Shown: positions 15,586 through 28,470, counted from the stretch's first letter. The stretch: DNA of 64,000 nucleotides from Eledone cirrhosa (GCA_964016885.1 OZ024742.1:283030001-283094000); one strand, 5' to 3'. Translations and numbers: made by a program. The notes: generated by a model from the sequence alone, not told the origin.

Positions 15586-15759
15586 ATCTGACATTCCAGT
15601 ACAATATTGCAGTCAAGTTGAATCTATATCATTTCTACTAGACTGGGGCTTTATGTACTATTTATTTACACCTCACTGGATTGGGAGGGTAGGGTTTCAA
15701 TCTCTGTCTTTTCCTATCACTGATTCTAAATCCAATATAAAGTAGGATGGTGTAGTGGT

Positions 15760-16040
15760 TGGTGGTGGTGGTGTGGTGGTACCTTTGGTGGTGGTAATGT
15801 TGTAGTGATTGGGTAAAGTGGTGGAGACTAAGGTGCCATATGATGGTGGTGGTGGTGGTGGTGGTGTGGTGGTACCTTTGGTGGTGGTAATGTTGTAGTG
15901 ATTGGGTAAAGTGGTGGAGACTAAGGTGCCAGATGATGGTGGTGGTGGTGGTGGTGTGGTGGTACCTTTGGTGGTGGTAATGTTGTAGTGATTGGGTAAA
16001 GTGGTGGAGACTAAGGTGCCATATGATGGTGGTGGTGATG
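15760..16040. repeat. ~90-bp tandem repeat, 3 copies
   Basis: gtggtacctttggtggtggtaatgttgtagtgattgggtaaagtggtggagactaaggtgcc occurs three times. Confidence 0.92.
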
Positions 16041-16523
16041 GTGTTGGTGGTAAAAGTGTGGAGGCTGCAGTGCCATATGATGATGGTAGTGATGGTTATG
16101 GGGTTTCTTGGTTGTGCGGTGGTGACTGGGTGTATGTGTGGAGGTTTGATGTCATATGATTGTTGCTGTTGTTGTTGTGGTGGTGGTGGTGGTGGTGCTT
16201 AGTGTTAATGGTGGTCTGGTGTGGTGTAGGTGTAAATAGTGTCATATGGTGAGGATGATGATAATAGCTTAAGTGGTTTGGGGTCTAGTTGTTGTTGTTG
16301 TTGGTGTTGGTGGTGGTGGTGGTGGTGGTGGTGGTGGTGGTGGTGGTTGTGGTTCTGGAGTCTAGTAACATATGGTGGTGATTGAGAGAGTACAGTATTT
16401 GTAGAGTTGTGTGGTGGTGGTGGTGGTGGTGGTGGGGTGTTATTGGTATGGCAGTGGCACATTGTGCCATCCCTGCCATGGCTCAGCACTGCTTTATAGA
16501 TGACTCTTAAGTAAATAATATCA

Positions 16524-16694
16524 TAATTGTTTCTATTTTAGGCACAAGGCCAGCAATTACCCAGTGCATTACTGATACTTTATTTTATCGACCCTGTAAG
16601 GATGAAAGGCAAAGTTAACCTCGGTGGGATTTGAACTCAGTCCGTAAAGCGACGTAACTATGCTGCAAAGCATGGCGCCCAACCCTCTACCAAT
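16524..16694 (-). mobile_element. SINE family 1 with 9-bp TSD
   Basis: Reverse-complement match. tatcataat at 16519-16527 and 16695-16703. Confidence 0.9.
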
Positions 16695-16844
16695 TATCAT
16701 AATGGTTTAGAGAGATATGTGAAGGTTGACTGACTTTCCTATTGGTGATTAGTGTAGCAGTAAGATTGGAAATAACATACATAAGGTTGAGAGCCATCTG
16801 GTAGGGATTTCTGTGTGTAGTTAGGATATATGGGGTACAACTGA

Positions 16845-17075
16845 GTAGGGTGTTTGGACTTAAGATCATAACGTCATGGGTTCAATTCCTGGAACAGGTG
16901 GTGTGCTATGTTCTTGAGCAAAACACTTCAGTTCTCATTTCTCCAGTCAACTCAGCTAGACATGAACACCAGTGACAGCTGGAAGTTAGTCCTGTAAGGG
17001 ATTGATATCCTGTCGAGATGGGGGTCATATACTGTCAGACACTTAACACCAATGAAATCAGGATGAGCTTCCAGG
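16845..17075 (+). mobile_element. Older SINE with family-2-like head and core and a different tail
   Basis: B-box gggttcaattcc and core ttcttgagcaaaacactt. Related to 59295-59465. Confidence 0.65.
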
Positions 17076-17485
17076 CTTGGGACAGCTTTTAACTTTTAAG
17101 TCAATGAAAGCAACACCCATAACCCTTTTCAGGCATACAGAATTAGTGGGAAAGAGAAGAAAATATTCTCAAACCAGAGTCCTTGCCCAAATGTTTACAA
17201 CAAAGTGGATTCTGTTAAATGCACCTAGAGGCCAGGTAGTGGTATTAAATTGGATGACGGAATATGTCAACTACCCAAATTGGCCTCAACAGAATTTGAA
17301 CTGTAAAAGCAAGGAGCCGGAACAAATATTGCATGACATCTTATCCAGTGCCCTAACAATTTCACTGATTTACCAAGTTTTCTAAGAATGGACCTGTTAG
17401 TTTTCTTTAAAAAAATATGTCTCCATTTCCACTCTGCCAGTCTCCTCAATCTTTGCATTTCTTCTTTAATTTGTCATTCTATTTT

Positions 17486-17520
17486 GTGATGAAGGACTAG
17501 CATCCGAAACGTTAAGACTC
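17486..17520 (+). ncRNA. Degenerate hammerhead ribozyme motif
   Basis: gTGATGA-aGGA ctagca TCC-GAAA-cgtta, with C3 changed to G. Shares tgatgaaggacta with the truncated motif at 6984-6997. Confidence 0.5.
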
Positions 17521-17673
17521 TTTTCCTACTATATCAAGCATAAAACTAATAATATATTTCTTCATTGCATTGTGCTGTTTGCTTTGTTATTTCTGTTTGC
17601 CTTTTGCATATATATATATATGTGCTCATCTTGGCATACCGCCTATGGAAGCAATTAATTTGCACCTCTAATA

Positions 17674-17752
<79 letters not shown>

Positions 17753-18172
17753 TATAAACATAAGAAATACAAATTTAACTAGAAAATAATTTTAAATATT
17801 TGGAAGCTCGACAATGCGTTTGAGATTATAAGTGCCAAGGAAATAGGAATTAGAGAAAATAGGATAAAAGGACTGAGAAAAAAGTGAGAACAGTAGAATT
17901 TTACCTTAGCAATTTTATTGATCCCAAATACTTTGGGATTTACCATCCATTATCAGGGGAATCCATGTGGAGGGGCTTAGAAAGCAATCCAAGTAGAGTT
18001 GTTGATGGCTGGTAGATTTAATTTGAATGGATATATATATATATATATATAATCTTCCTTTTATATCCATTTTTTCATGCTTGCATTGGTTGTACAATAT
18101 ATGTCTGCACACACACTCACACATACACACAGAGATATATATAAGGGAACAAAGAATCAGTGTTGCATTATG

Positions 18173-18287
18173 TACATATTAATTGCATATTACATATGTT
18201 TCACTGTCAATCAGCTTGAGGAACGATCATTTAATGATCGATCCTGACTCTGGAACCGGAAGCTCCTCAGATATGTGTTAACATGTA
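18173..18287 (-). ncRNA. Minimal type-I hammerhead ribozyme, core intact
   Basis: Minus strand: UACAUGUUAA-CA-CAUAU CUGAGGA GCU...AGU GAAA C AUAU GUA^ AUAUG-CAA-UUAAUAUGUA. Stem I is 5+10 bp and the stem III loop is palindromic. Confidence 0.8.
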
Positions 18288-18971
18288 GACTCATGTCTAA
18301 GAGTGGTATAGATATATATATATATAAATAGAGAAATAGAGAGAGAGAGAGAGAATACGGCAGTGAAAATGATTTGAGGGACATTTGGGTTCTATTTTTA
18401 GCAGATTCAATTGACCATATAGAAGCTCCTTCAAGACTCATTGTTGTTGTTGTTGCTATTAGTAAATAAATCAGTAAAATCCCAACAAACATACATCTGG
18501 AAATATAGAAAATGAAAATGAGGATTAAAAACAGAACTGAGAGAACCAAATAGAATAAAAGAATGATGGAAAGACATTATCAGAATGAGAGATTCCCCTA
18601 TATATACACAACAGGATTCTACTTTGAGGTAATTAAAAAAACTGAGGTGTTGTAGTAAGAAGGATTATTATATATTTCTTTCTCCCCACCTCTCTCTCTC
18701 TAAGCTAACATTTCGTTTTCCTCTCTAACAAAGATAACAGCTTGAAAGTCATTAATTGTCATCATCATCATCATCATCATCATTACCATTGTTATTATTG
18801 TTGTTGCTGTTAGCGTTACTGTTAAAATCATTATCATCATCATCATCATCATCATCATATTGTTCTGTATCTTTTGGGGTTTTTTTTTTTGTTCTGTATC
18901 TTTTTGGGGGGTTTAAATAATCATACTCGCTTGTTAAGTTATAAATGTCTTTTGTATTATTATATACAGTA

Positions 18972-19161
18972 GGGGCGGTGGATTGGCAGTATCGGTAGAG
19001 GGTTGGACGCCATGCTTTGCAGCATAGAGTTACGGCCCTTTACGGTATGAGTTCAAATCCCACCAAGGTTAACTTTGCCTTTCATCCTTACGAGGGTCGA
19101 TAAAATAAAGTACCAGTAATACACTGGGATAATTGCTGGCCTTGTGCTAAAAGTAGAAACA
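18972..19161 (+). mobile_element. Full-length SINE family 1 with 13-bp TSD
   Basis: attatatacagta at 18959-18971 and 19162-19174. Confidence 0.93.
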
Positions 19162-19185
19162 ATTATATACAGTAAGTGTAGTATT

Positions 19186-19330
19186 AGGCAGCGAATTAAC
19201 AGAGTCGTTAGAACGTCGGATAGATTGCTTTATGGTATTCGTTCCGGCTCTCTGCCCTCAGAGTTCAAATCCCACCAAGGTCAACTTTGTCTTTCATCCT
19301 TTCAAGGTTGATAAAAAAAAGTACCAGTCT
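19186..19330 (+). mobile_element. Older SINE related to family 1
   Basis: gagttcaaatcccaccaaggtcaactttgtctttcatcc core. Confidence 0.75.
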
Positions 19331-19683
19331 AGGTCTGGGAAAAAAAATACCAGTCTAGTCGATTCTTCCTCTATATCTTTCTCATTTCCTCTCTGTCTGG
19401 AAGAAATCTGCTGAACTTGGCCTGGAGAGGGATGGGCACTGCCAGGCTTAAAATGCCCAAGAAATGCTGTGTGTCAATGTGGCACCCTTACGACTCTATC
19501 AGGAGTTAAGGGACCATACAAGTGCATTATTAACAATCATTAAAGCATAGGACATATTCCCCACACACTTCTCCTACATATTCCCCCACACACTTCTCCC
19601 TACATACCTATGCTTGCTGCATTCATTTTTTTTCTTTCTAACTTTAGCATTAAACTTAGCATGTGTGTGTGTTTTGTGGTTAT

Positions 19684-20075
19684 TTTAACCCTTTTCACAC
19701 CAAACCAACTGAAACCACACCTGGTTCTTGACTATACAAAATGTCATATTTCAAGGTGCTTAAATTTATCTGAGAAACCTACCAACATAATTTTATGCAA
19801 GAACATTTGTTAAGTAATGTTCCAAACATCAACTTAATAATGGCTTCTGATTTAGGTACAAGGCCAACAATTTTAGGGTGCTTTATTTTATCACCCCCGT
19901 AAGGATGAAAAGCAAAGCTAACCTCAGCGGGATTTGAACTCAGACCATAAAAATCCATAACTCTATGCAGCAAAGCTTTGCCAATACTGCCAATCCGCCG
20001 CCCTAAATACCAACTTAATATACGAAATTCCTCCAAATTAGTGATTATTTTCTAAATTATCATATTTGAAATTAT
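19684..20075. mobile_element. piggyBac-like non-autonomous remnant with nested family-1 SINE (~19840-20005, minus strand)
   Basis: TTAACCCTTTT end. Reverse complement aligns to 58430-58807 and 58840-59187. Confidence 0.55.
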
Positions 20076-20347
20076 AGAGATTTTCATTAGAAATATGGTA
20101 ATGAAAGTATATCTTTAACCACTAACCCACTACCCACACACCTTTCTTTACCTACCCATGATTATACTCATACTTGAATTTCACTGTTGTATATTTTGAG
20201 GGTTCTTGCAAGCAACTTTTGAAGCACTGTTGGTGAAAGTTCTACAACTGTTGATGCTACAACTACTGCTATGACCATCTTCATATTTTAATACACATAC
20301 ACACATACTCGCTCTCGCTCTCTCTCTCTCTCTATCTATCTATCTCA

Positions 20348-20384
<37 letters not shown>

Positions 20385-20569
20385 TAAATGGACCTCCATC
20401 TGTTTCAACAACGTGTCTTCTAGTTGTTTGATCAATGAAACAGCCTGTTTATGATACTAGCGTCCAAGAAACTGAGAATTGCACAGGCACGTATAATTCT
20501 CAGGGAGATTCAGTATGACACATTATGTGACAAGGCTGGGCATTTGAATTACAAGAACAGTCCATCTGA

Positions 20570-20726
20570 CAGGCTTCCAAACGATTTCCATCTACCCATT
20601 TTTACTCAGAAGACTTGAGCTGGCTCAAGGTTATGGTAAAAGATACTTGCCCAAGGTACTACACTCTGGGATCGAACCCATGCCTTTATGATTCATAAAT
20701 AAACTTCTTATCAATCTGACCATGCA
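20570..20726 (-). mobile_element. SINE family 3 (tRNA-derived)
   Basis: Minus-strand B-box gggttcgatccc and core ccttgggcaagtatctt. Relatives at 27186-27260 and 39744-39897. Confidence 0.7.
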
Positions 20727-21188
20727 GTGGCCATGTACACACTCAGAAACACACACACACATTCAAACACAGACAAACACACACTTGTTGTTACTTGAGA
20801 AGGAATCTGTTTTTGGGGTGGGATTAAGACTAATCTAAGCTGCTCTAGATAATCCTACACTACTCATACATATACCCTACACCTACCCTATTCCTTTACA
20901 ATTGGCATTTTATTGCTTGCTAATATTGGCTGATGGTAATCCTCTTTTGCTTGCATTTCACCAGATTAAGAGTGAAAGAGAGAGAGAGTGTGTGTGTATG
21001 TGTAAGAGGGATGGTGATAGTATGTATGTGTATGTGTTTGTAAGAGAGGAGGGAGAGAGAGGAAGGGGTGCAGAGGAATGGTGGTTAAATGTTGGTCAAT
21101 TGACAGTGGTACTGTGGAGAGAATGGTCTTCGTTATTGGACCTGTGTATTGTTTTTGGCAATGAGTGTTTGTGATGCTTTTGTATGTA

Positions 21189-21189
<1 letters not shown>

Positions 21190-21222
<33 letters not shown>

Positions 21223-21252
21223 TACATATTTATGTAGATATACATTAACGCT

Positions 21253-21312
<60 letters not shown>

Positions 21313-21414
21313 TACATATTTATGTAGATATACATTAACGCTTATGTGTATATATATGTATATATATATATATATGCATACATATTTATGTAGATATACA
21401 TTAACGCTTATGTG

Positions 21415-21455
<41 letters not shown>

Positions 21456-21488
21456 GCATACATATTTATGTAGATATACATTAACGCT

Positions 21489-21558
<70 letters not shown>

Positions 21559-21597
21559 TACATATTTATGTAGATATACATTAACACTTATGTGTAT

Positions 21598-21635
<38 letters not shown>

Positions 21636-21675
21636 GCATACATATTTATGTAGATATACATTAACGCTTATGTGT
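21190..21675. repeat. Compound minisatellite: 39-bp unit x6 separated by variable (TA)n
   Basis: gcatacatatttatgtagatatacattaacgcttatgtg occurs six times. Confidence 0.93.
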
Positions 21676-21911
21676 ATGTCCCACCATTGCAAGCAGAGAA
21701 AAGCGGACGTAAAATGAAATGATGATGATGATGATGATGCACACACATAAAGACACTCATATATACACATGCATTATATTTTTTTACATACACACACAAA
21801 ATGCACATGTGAACCAGCAGACACACATATATCTATATAATTCACACACACACACAAAGACATATATATATATAATTCATTATCGCATTCGTCCTCTTCT
21901 CTCTCTCTCTC

Positions 21912-21973
<62 letters not shown>

Positions 21974-22346
21974 TGTCTGTAATTGTCTTACACTTGTCTG
22001 TTTGTCTTCTGTTTCATAATTCGATAATAATGAAAAATACTTTGTAAAATTTTAAATCCTTTCCTTGGGTTTAAAAAAGTAAAAAAAAAACTAACAAAAT
22101 TATGTTTTTTTTTTTGTGTGTGCATTTTTCTTTAACAAAATATATAATTCTTTTGCAATGTAGATATAGAAAACTTGCATCACACACATACACACCGACA
22201 CACACATATTTCACACATACATACACACACATATATATGTATATATGTATATATATATATATATAGGCATATATTTATAGCCATATATTTATATATATAT
22301 CTATATGCGTATATTTATAATCATGTATATATTTATATATATATGT

Positions 22347-22405
<59 letters not shown>

Positions 22406-22859
22406 GAGAGAGAGAGATTCATATATATGTGTATATATATATAGACACAAAAAGCTTATGTCACTGTAACATGCTTCTGGCCCTTCTCTACATGTAAAAT
22501 GAGAATAAAGGACTTACATACTCATGTTTATCTCATATTTACTATTATTCTGTATTCTTTACTGCTTTAATTCTTTAGTTCTTCAGTTTATTTTTAACCA
22601 TCATGACCAAACATATGCTGGGGCACTGCATGTATGTATGTATGTATGTATGTGTTTTGAAAATCTAGATTATGTTGATAATTTTTAAATCTTCCAGAAA
22701 AAGAATTAAATGAACAAAACTTAGGCAATTTTGTATTTTATTTCCTAACCCCTTAAATACACACCCTTTCTCCTCCATGCCATCTTTTGTTGTTGTTGTT
22801 AGTTGCAATGGTCTTCAAACTTACTTAATGCAATTGTATTTTACATACTAATGTTATGT

Positions 22860-23160
22860 AATAATTGTTTCTACTTTTGGCACAAGGCCATCAATTACCC
22901 GAGTGCATTACTGGTACTTTATTTTATCGACCTTTAAGGATAAAAGGCAAAGCTAACCTCAGTGGGGTTTGAACTCAGAACGTATAGGACCATAACTCAA
23001 TGTTGTGTAATAATTGTTTCTACTTTTGGCACAAGGCCAGCAATTACACCAGTGCATTACTGGTACTTTATTTTATCAACCACGTAAGGATGGAACGCAA
23101 AGTAAACCTTGGCGGGATTTGAACTCAGAACATAAATAGCCATAACTTTACGTTGTGTAA
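22860..23160 (-). mobile_element. Two tandem 5'-truncated family-1 SINEs
   Basis: Two consecutive taattgtttctacttttggcacaaggcc...gaactcagaa units. Confidence 0.88.
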
Positions 23161-23293
23161 TGTGGCTGCTATCTGTATATGATCAGCTGACAGCTACCAC
23201 CATTCCTATCACTCTTCTCCGATTTCTCATCTCGGCTGCAATGTTCTTCAAATTTACACAATCCTTTAGTATTTTACAAACAAATGTTATGTA

Positions 23294-23512
23294 ATAATTC
23301 TTTCTAACATAGGCACAAATCCAATAATTTTGGTGGAGGGGAAAGTCAATTAAATCAATCCCAGTACTTTACTGGTACTTTATTTTATTGGCCCTAAAAG
23401 GAGGAAAAGTAAAGCTGACCTTGATAAGATTTGAACTCCTGATGTAAAAGGTTGTATCTAAATGCTACAAAACATTTTGTTTGATGCTCTAAGGATTCCA
23501 TCAATCCACCAC
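23294..23512 (-). mobile_element. Older family-1-related SINE (long variant)
   Basis: actggtactttattttattg...gatttgaactc...caatccacc. Confidence 0.7.
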
Positions 23513-23680
23513 AAGAGCATTCAGTTGTATTATTAGACCTAATAATACAACTGAATGCTCTTCCTTTAAGTATTATAAGATAATTGTGGGGAGGGATAAG
23601 GGATAAAGTATTACCGATGAGTGACATGTAGTTACCAGCATCACTGAGTAAACTGGAGCAATGTGAAATAAAGTGTCTTG

Positions 23681-23946
23681 ATGTGTTGTTTCCTTGAGCA
23701 AGACACTTTATTTCACATTGCTCCAGTTTACTCAGCTGTAGAAATGAGATGATAGGGACTGGGGTCCATATCATTCCACTGCAAAGTGGTCGTGGAGGTG
23801 CCACGGCAAAAAAGCACCCAGCACTCACTGTAAATGAGGTTGGTGTTAGGAAGGGCATCCAGCTGTAGAAATCAAGCCAGAATCAGTTCTCGTCCCACCC
23901 TTGCAAGCAGGGAAAAGCGGATGTAAAATGATGATGATGATGATGA
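23681..23946 (+). mobile_element. SINE family 2 with RTE-A tail, preceded by an inverted 37-bp copy of its core
   Basis: Matches 63757-63970 and 8371-8610. Hairpin arms at 23644-23680 and 23699-23735. Confidence 0.88.
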
Positions 23947-25045
23947 CTCCAGCTGTGTATACTGGAACAACATAAAATGGAGTGTTTTGCTCAAGAACAC
24001 AACACACAATCCAAAATCGAACTCACAGCATTATGATTGTAAGTTCAAAACCCTTACCACTCAGCCATGTTGCTCAACAATTGGTTCACTTACCATTAAA
24101 TCCATCAATCAAACAAGTTTCCCCAGATTTGGAGTGGTGTAGGGCAGGAGAGCAAAGGGGAAAAAAATAGAGTGAAACTGAAATGCTGTGATGGAATTAG
24201 ATGGTCTTGTCTTGTTTTTTTAGGTGTTTGGAGATTTTTTCTTTTTACATTTCATATCTTCTAATCCATCAACTGTTAGGATTAAAGTATGTATCATCAT
24301 CCATCAGTTATGTCTACAAATAGAAGAGAGAGAGAGAGATTCTCCTTATTATCAGTGAAGAAAATCCCATTGGTCACATTCGGGATCTGTGAGATTTTGC
24401 ACCATATAACCAAGTATTATTACCTTATTTTTCTTCTTTTGGGGTAGGTAGGTAAGTGGTGGGTGGGGTGTAATATTTGTGTTATTGTTGTTGTTTTTAA
24501 TCTTTGGGTTTATATGGCAATGCTTCAGTGTGGTCAAAATTACTAAGACTTAAACCAACTAAACCAATAATTTACACATACACACATATATGTCTATGCG
24601 TGATTGTTTTTTTATATATATATATGTGTGTGTGTGTGTGTTGTTACCCAGCTCTTTTTCATTTTTCTGCAAAATGATGCTATACACACACACAAATGTA
24701 TATATTCATCATCATCATCATCATCATTATCATTTTACTGTCTCTATCTGTCAAGAATCTATCTGTTTATCTATCTATCAAACTCTCTGTCTATTGATCC
24801 ATATCTCTATCTACGTATTTATTTATCTGTCAGCCATCTTGTACATAAATCTATGGCCTAAATTAGTTTTAAGTTCACCACCACTACCACCATCACCCTT
24901 TTTTCCTGGGCTCCTTTCTTTCAATCCAATCGTTATTTCTCACCTGTACCCCCCACCCCCACCCCTCTCTCACTGTTCCTTCCTGTATTGACTCAATATC
25001 TGGCTCTTCATTCTACCTCACCCTCTCTGCAATATTAAACCCCTT

Positions 25046-25585
25046 CACCACCACCACTACCACCATCACCATCATCACCATATCACCACCACCATTACCA
25101 CCATCACCATCATCACCATATCACCACCACCACTACCACCATCATCACCATCACCACCATCACCACCATAATCACCACCACCATCACCACCACCACTATC
25201 ACCATCATCACCACCACCACCACTATCACCATCATCACCACCACCATCATCAACCCCACCATCACCACCACCACTGTCACCATCATCATCACCACCACCA
25301 CCACCATCACCACCACCATCACCAAAATCACCGTCACCACCACCACCATCATCACCCCCACCACTATTACCATCATCACCACCACCACCACCACCATCAT
25401 CAACCCCACCATCACCACCACCACTGTCACCATCATCACCACCACCACCACCACCACCACCATCACCACCACCACTATCACCAAAATCACCGTCACCACC
25501 ACCACCACCACCACCATCATCAACCCCACCATCACCACCACCACTATCACCAAAATCACCGTCACCACCACCACCATCATCACCC
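25046..25585. repeat. (CAC/CAT)n repeat with higher-order duplication
   Basis: Direct inspection. Confidence 0.9.
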
Positions 25586-25665
25586 TAAGCTACATACTCA
25601 ACCTTAAACAAAAAGCTATCCATTGTATGACCACATTAATACCTAATGCCTTGCACCAACAACAT

Positions 25666-26631
25666 ATTTACACAGTGGGGGCTTCTGTTACCATCACCCA
25701 CCTTCATATTTACACAGTGGGGGCTTCTGTTACCATCACCCACCTTCATATTTACACAGTGGGGGCTTCTGTTACCATCACCCACCTTCATATTTACACA
25801 GTGGGGGCTTCTGTTACCATCACCCACCTTCTCATTTACACAGTGGGGGCTTCTGTTACCATCACCCACCTTCTCATTTACACAGTGGGGGCTTCTGTTA
25901 CCATCACCCACCTTCTCATTTACACAGTGGGGGCTTCTGTTACCATCACCCACCTTCTCATTTACACAGTGGGGGCTTCTGTTACCATCACCCACCTTCT
26001 CATTTACACAGTGGGGGCTTCTGTTACCATCACCCACCTTCTCATTTACACAGTGGGGGCTTCTGTTACCATCACCCACCTTCTCATTTACACAGTGGGG
26101 GCTTCTGTTACCATCACCCACCTTCTCATTTACACAGTGGGGGCTTCTGTTACCATCACCCACCTTCTCATTTACACAGTGGGGGCTTCTGTTACCATCA
26201 CCCACCTTCTCATTTACACAGTGGGGGCTTCTGTTACCATCACCCACCTTCTCATTTACACAGTGGGGGCTTCTGTTACCATCACCCACCTTCTCATTTA
26301 CACAGTGGGGGCTTCTGTTACCATCACCCACCTTCTCATTTACACAGTGGGGGCTTCTGTTACCATCACCCACCTTCTCATTTACACAGTGGGGGCTTCT
26401 GTTACCATCACCCACCTTCTCATTTACACAGTGGGGGCTTCTGTTACCATCACCCACCTTCTCATTTACACAGTGGGGGCTTCTGTTACCATCACCCACC
26501 TTCTCATTTACACAGTGGGGGCTTCTGTTACCATCACCCACCTTCTCATTTACACAGTGGGGGCTTCTGTTACCATCACCCACCTTCTCATTTACACAGT
26601 GGGGGCTTCTGTTACCATCACCCACCTTCTC
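25666..26631. repeat. 42-bp minisatellite, 23 near-identical copies
   Basis: Unit atttacacagtgggggcttctgttaccatcacccaccttctc. 966 bp = 23 x 42. Confidence 0.97.
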
Positions 26632-26792
26632 ACGCTACACCTTTCTTGTGTTACACTTCTGTTTTATACCTTATTTCTCCCAACACTTCCCCTTCTTGAA
26701 CCCTTCACAGGTTTGTCCATACTCCCAGTCAAACTCTCAACAACCTGTTAGATGAGTCAGCCTGGATACCTCACTGTCTGTCTGTCTGTCTG

Positions 26793-26925
26793 TCTACTAA
26801 TATAGAGTCTGGAACTGACTGTGGAAACAGCAAGAACTCGGCCATCGGGTCCCGACTCATACTAATATAGCCATTCTCTACTACCCCCAATTATTGAGTA
26901 GTCTGTTGAGTAATGGTCTAACTAG
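26793..26925 (+). mobile_element. Possible miniature Helitron remnant
   Basis: 5' TCTACTAATATA. 3' ctgttgagtaatgg (possible CpG-decayed hairpin) then CTAG|T. The base before the 5' end is G rather than A. Confidence 0.35.
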
Positions 26926-26963
26926 TTTTAAACTGGTTCTATCCTGATTTATACACACACACA

Positions 26964-27046
26964 CATATGTATCTATAGACCTTAAATGATGATTTCATAC
27001 ACACGCACACACATACACATATGTATCTATAGACCTTAAATGATGA

Positions 27047-27122
<76 letters not shown>

Positions 27123-27151
27123 GTATCTATAGACCCTAAATGATGATTTCA
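26964..27151. repeat. ~34-bp unit x3 separated by (CA)n
   Basis: atatgtatctatagaccttaaatgatgatttca occurs three times. Confidence 0.9.
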
Positions 27152-27521
27152 TGTATATATATATATGTATATATATATTATATATGAAATTCCACTCACA
27201 TGATATTGGTCAACCCAAGGCTATAGTATAAGACACTTGCCTAAAGTGTCACAGTGGGAGTTAACACAAATATGTTTCATTCTGTGTAAATATATTCATC
27301 GTATACATTGTTTACATTTTCGTGTAATAGTGTATCCACTATGTGTCGTTTTTTTTAGTTTTTGTTTACCTTACTTAAACCTCTTACATTGTCCAACTGT
27401 TTGTCCCTTCTACCTTATTTTCCTCCTATTTCTGTTGATCTTTTATACATATCATCCTCATCACCAATGCTATTTATCTTTTAACCTCTCTTTTCCTTAC
27501 TGTTAAGAGTATATATATATT

Positions 27522-28201
27522 GGCATACGTCAAGACGGGCGGTCAGAAAAGTGAAAGTAAATTTATTTTCATTTTCGAACGTCGTGTTTACATTTTGTGT
27601 GTGTGTTTAGATCTAAATTAGTGTCGTTTTAACTGATTATATATATATGTATATGTGTGTGTGTGTGTAGTTGACGGTTGAGAGAAGAGTACTCAATACC
27701 GAAGTAATCTTGTAATGAGGCTTGCAGAATGGTGAGTCCGCCATTCTAGACGCTGCTGCCTTGTAGAAGTCCCAAATCGAAGCTCTGACACTCTCGTCCC
27801 CATCATTCAGCAGGGATTTTGCCAGGCAGCCGCATCATCTACGATGGTTGGGCTTCCTATTTGGAAATTGAAGGTTGGATTTACGTTCATGATGTTGTGG
27901 TGCACGAACGGAACTTTGTTGATCCTGCGGACCTTGATGTGCACACACAGCTTATTAAGAACACATGGAGCCGTGCAAAGAAGAAGCTTCGTCGCCAGCA
28001 TGTGCAAGCCTCATTACAAGATTACTTCGGTATTGAGTACTCTTCTCTCAACCGTCAACTACACACACATATACATATATATATAATCAGTTAAAACGAC
28101 ACTAATTTAGATCTAAACACACACACAAAATGTAAACACGACGTTCGAAAATGAAAATAAATTTACTTTCACTTTTCTGACCGCCCGTCTTGACGTATGC
28201 C
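27522..28201 (+). mobile_element. Non-autonomous Merlin (IS1595/ISXO2-like) DNA transposon with ~200-bp inverted repeats
   Basis: Arms 27522-27726 and 28003-28201 start with GGCATACGTCAAG. Flanks tatatatt/tatatata. Transposase fragment lies between the arms. Confidence 0.85.
27751..28002 (+). pseudogene. Merlin/IS1595-family DDE transposase fragment (frameshifted)
   Basis: CCLVEVPNRSSDTLVPIIQQ / LPGSRIIYDGWASY...HDVVVHERNFVDPADLDVHTQLIKNTWSRAKKKLR resembles the ISXO2-like pattern PGSxIxSDxWxxY...HxxVNHSxxFVDP...HTQxIExxW. The catalytic E position reads K. Confidence 0.85.
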
Positions 28202-28210
28202 TATATATAT

Positions 28211-28400
28211 AACGGAGGAGTTGTGGTAAAGAACCAGATGGACCATAAAGCACCAGAGTACTCAATACTTAAGGTAGTAGAGTGGGTAATAGGAGAGAGT
28301 ATGACCCCGACTGCAGAGCTCAAGCCGTTTCGACGGCTATTTCAGTCCAGAAATAGCCGTCGAAACGGCTTGAGCTCTACAGTCGGTGTCATACTCTCTC

Positions 28401-28405
<5 letters not shown>
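28211..28405 (-). mobile_element. Fold-back element family P1, copy 2
   Basis: 56-bp hairpin (28288-28343 / 28350-28405, 2 mismatches), homology to 6437-6551, TA flanks. Confidence 0.75.

Positions 28406-28470
<65 letters not shown>

Noticed and set aside
21190-21675. Repeat-spacer pattern resembling CRISPR
   Set aside because: The spacers are only (TA)n of varying length.
25627-26755. 14-aa repeat proteins in three frames
   Set aside because: A consequence of a stop-free 42-bp unit with no codon-position-biased variation.
27751-28002. Bacterial IS1595 contamination or recent horizontal transfer
   Set aside because: It is degenerate, embedded in host-type microsatellites and explained by the eukaryotic Merlin superfamily.
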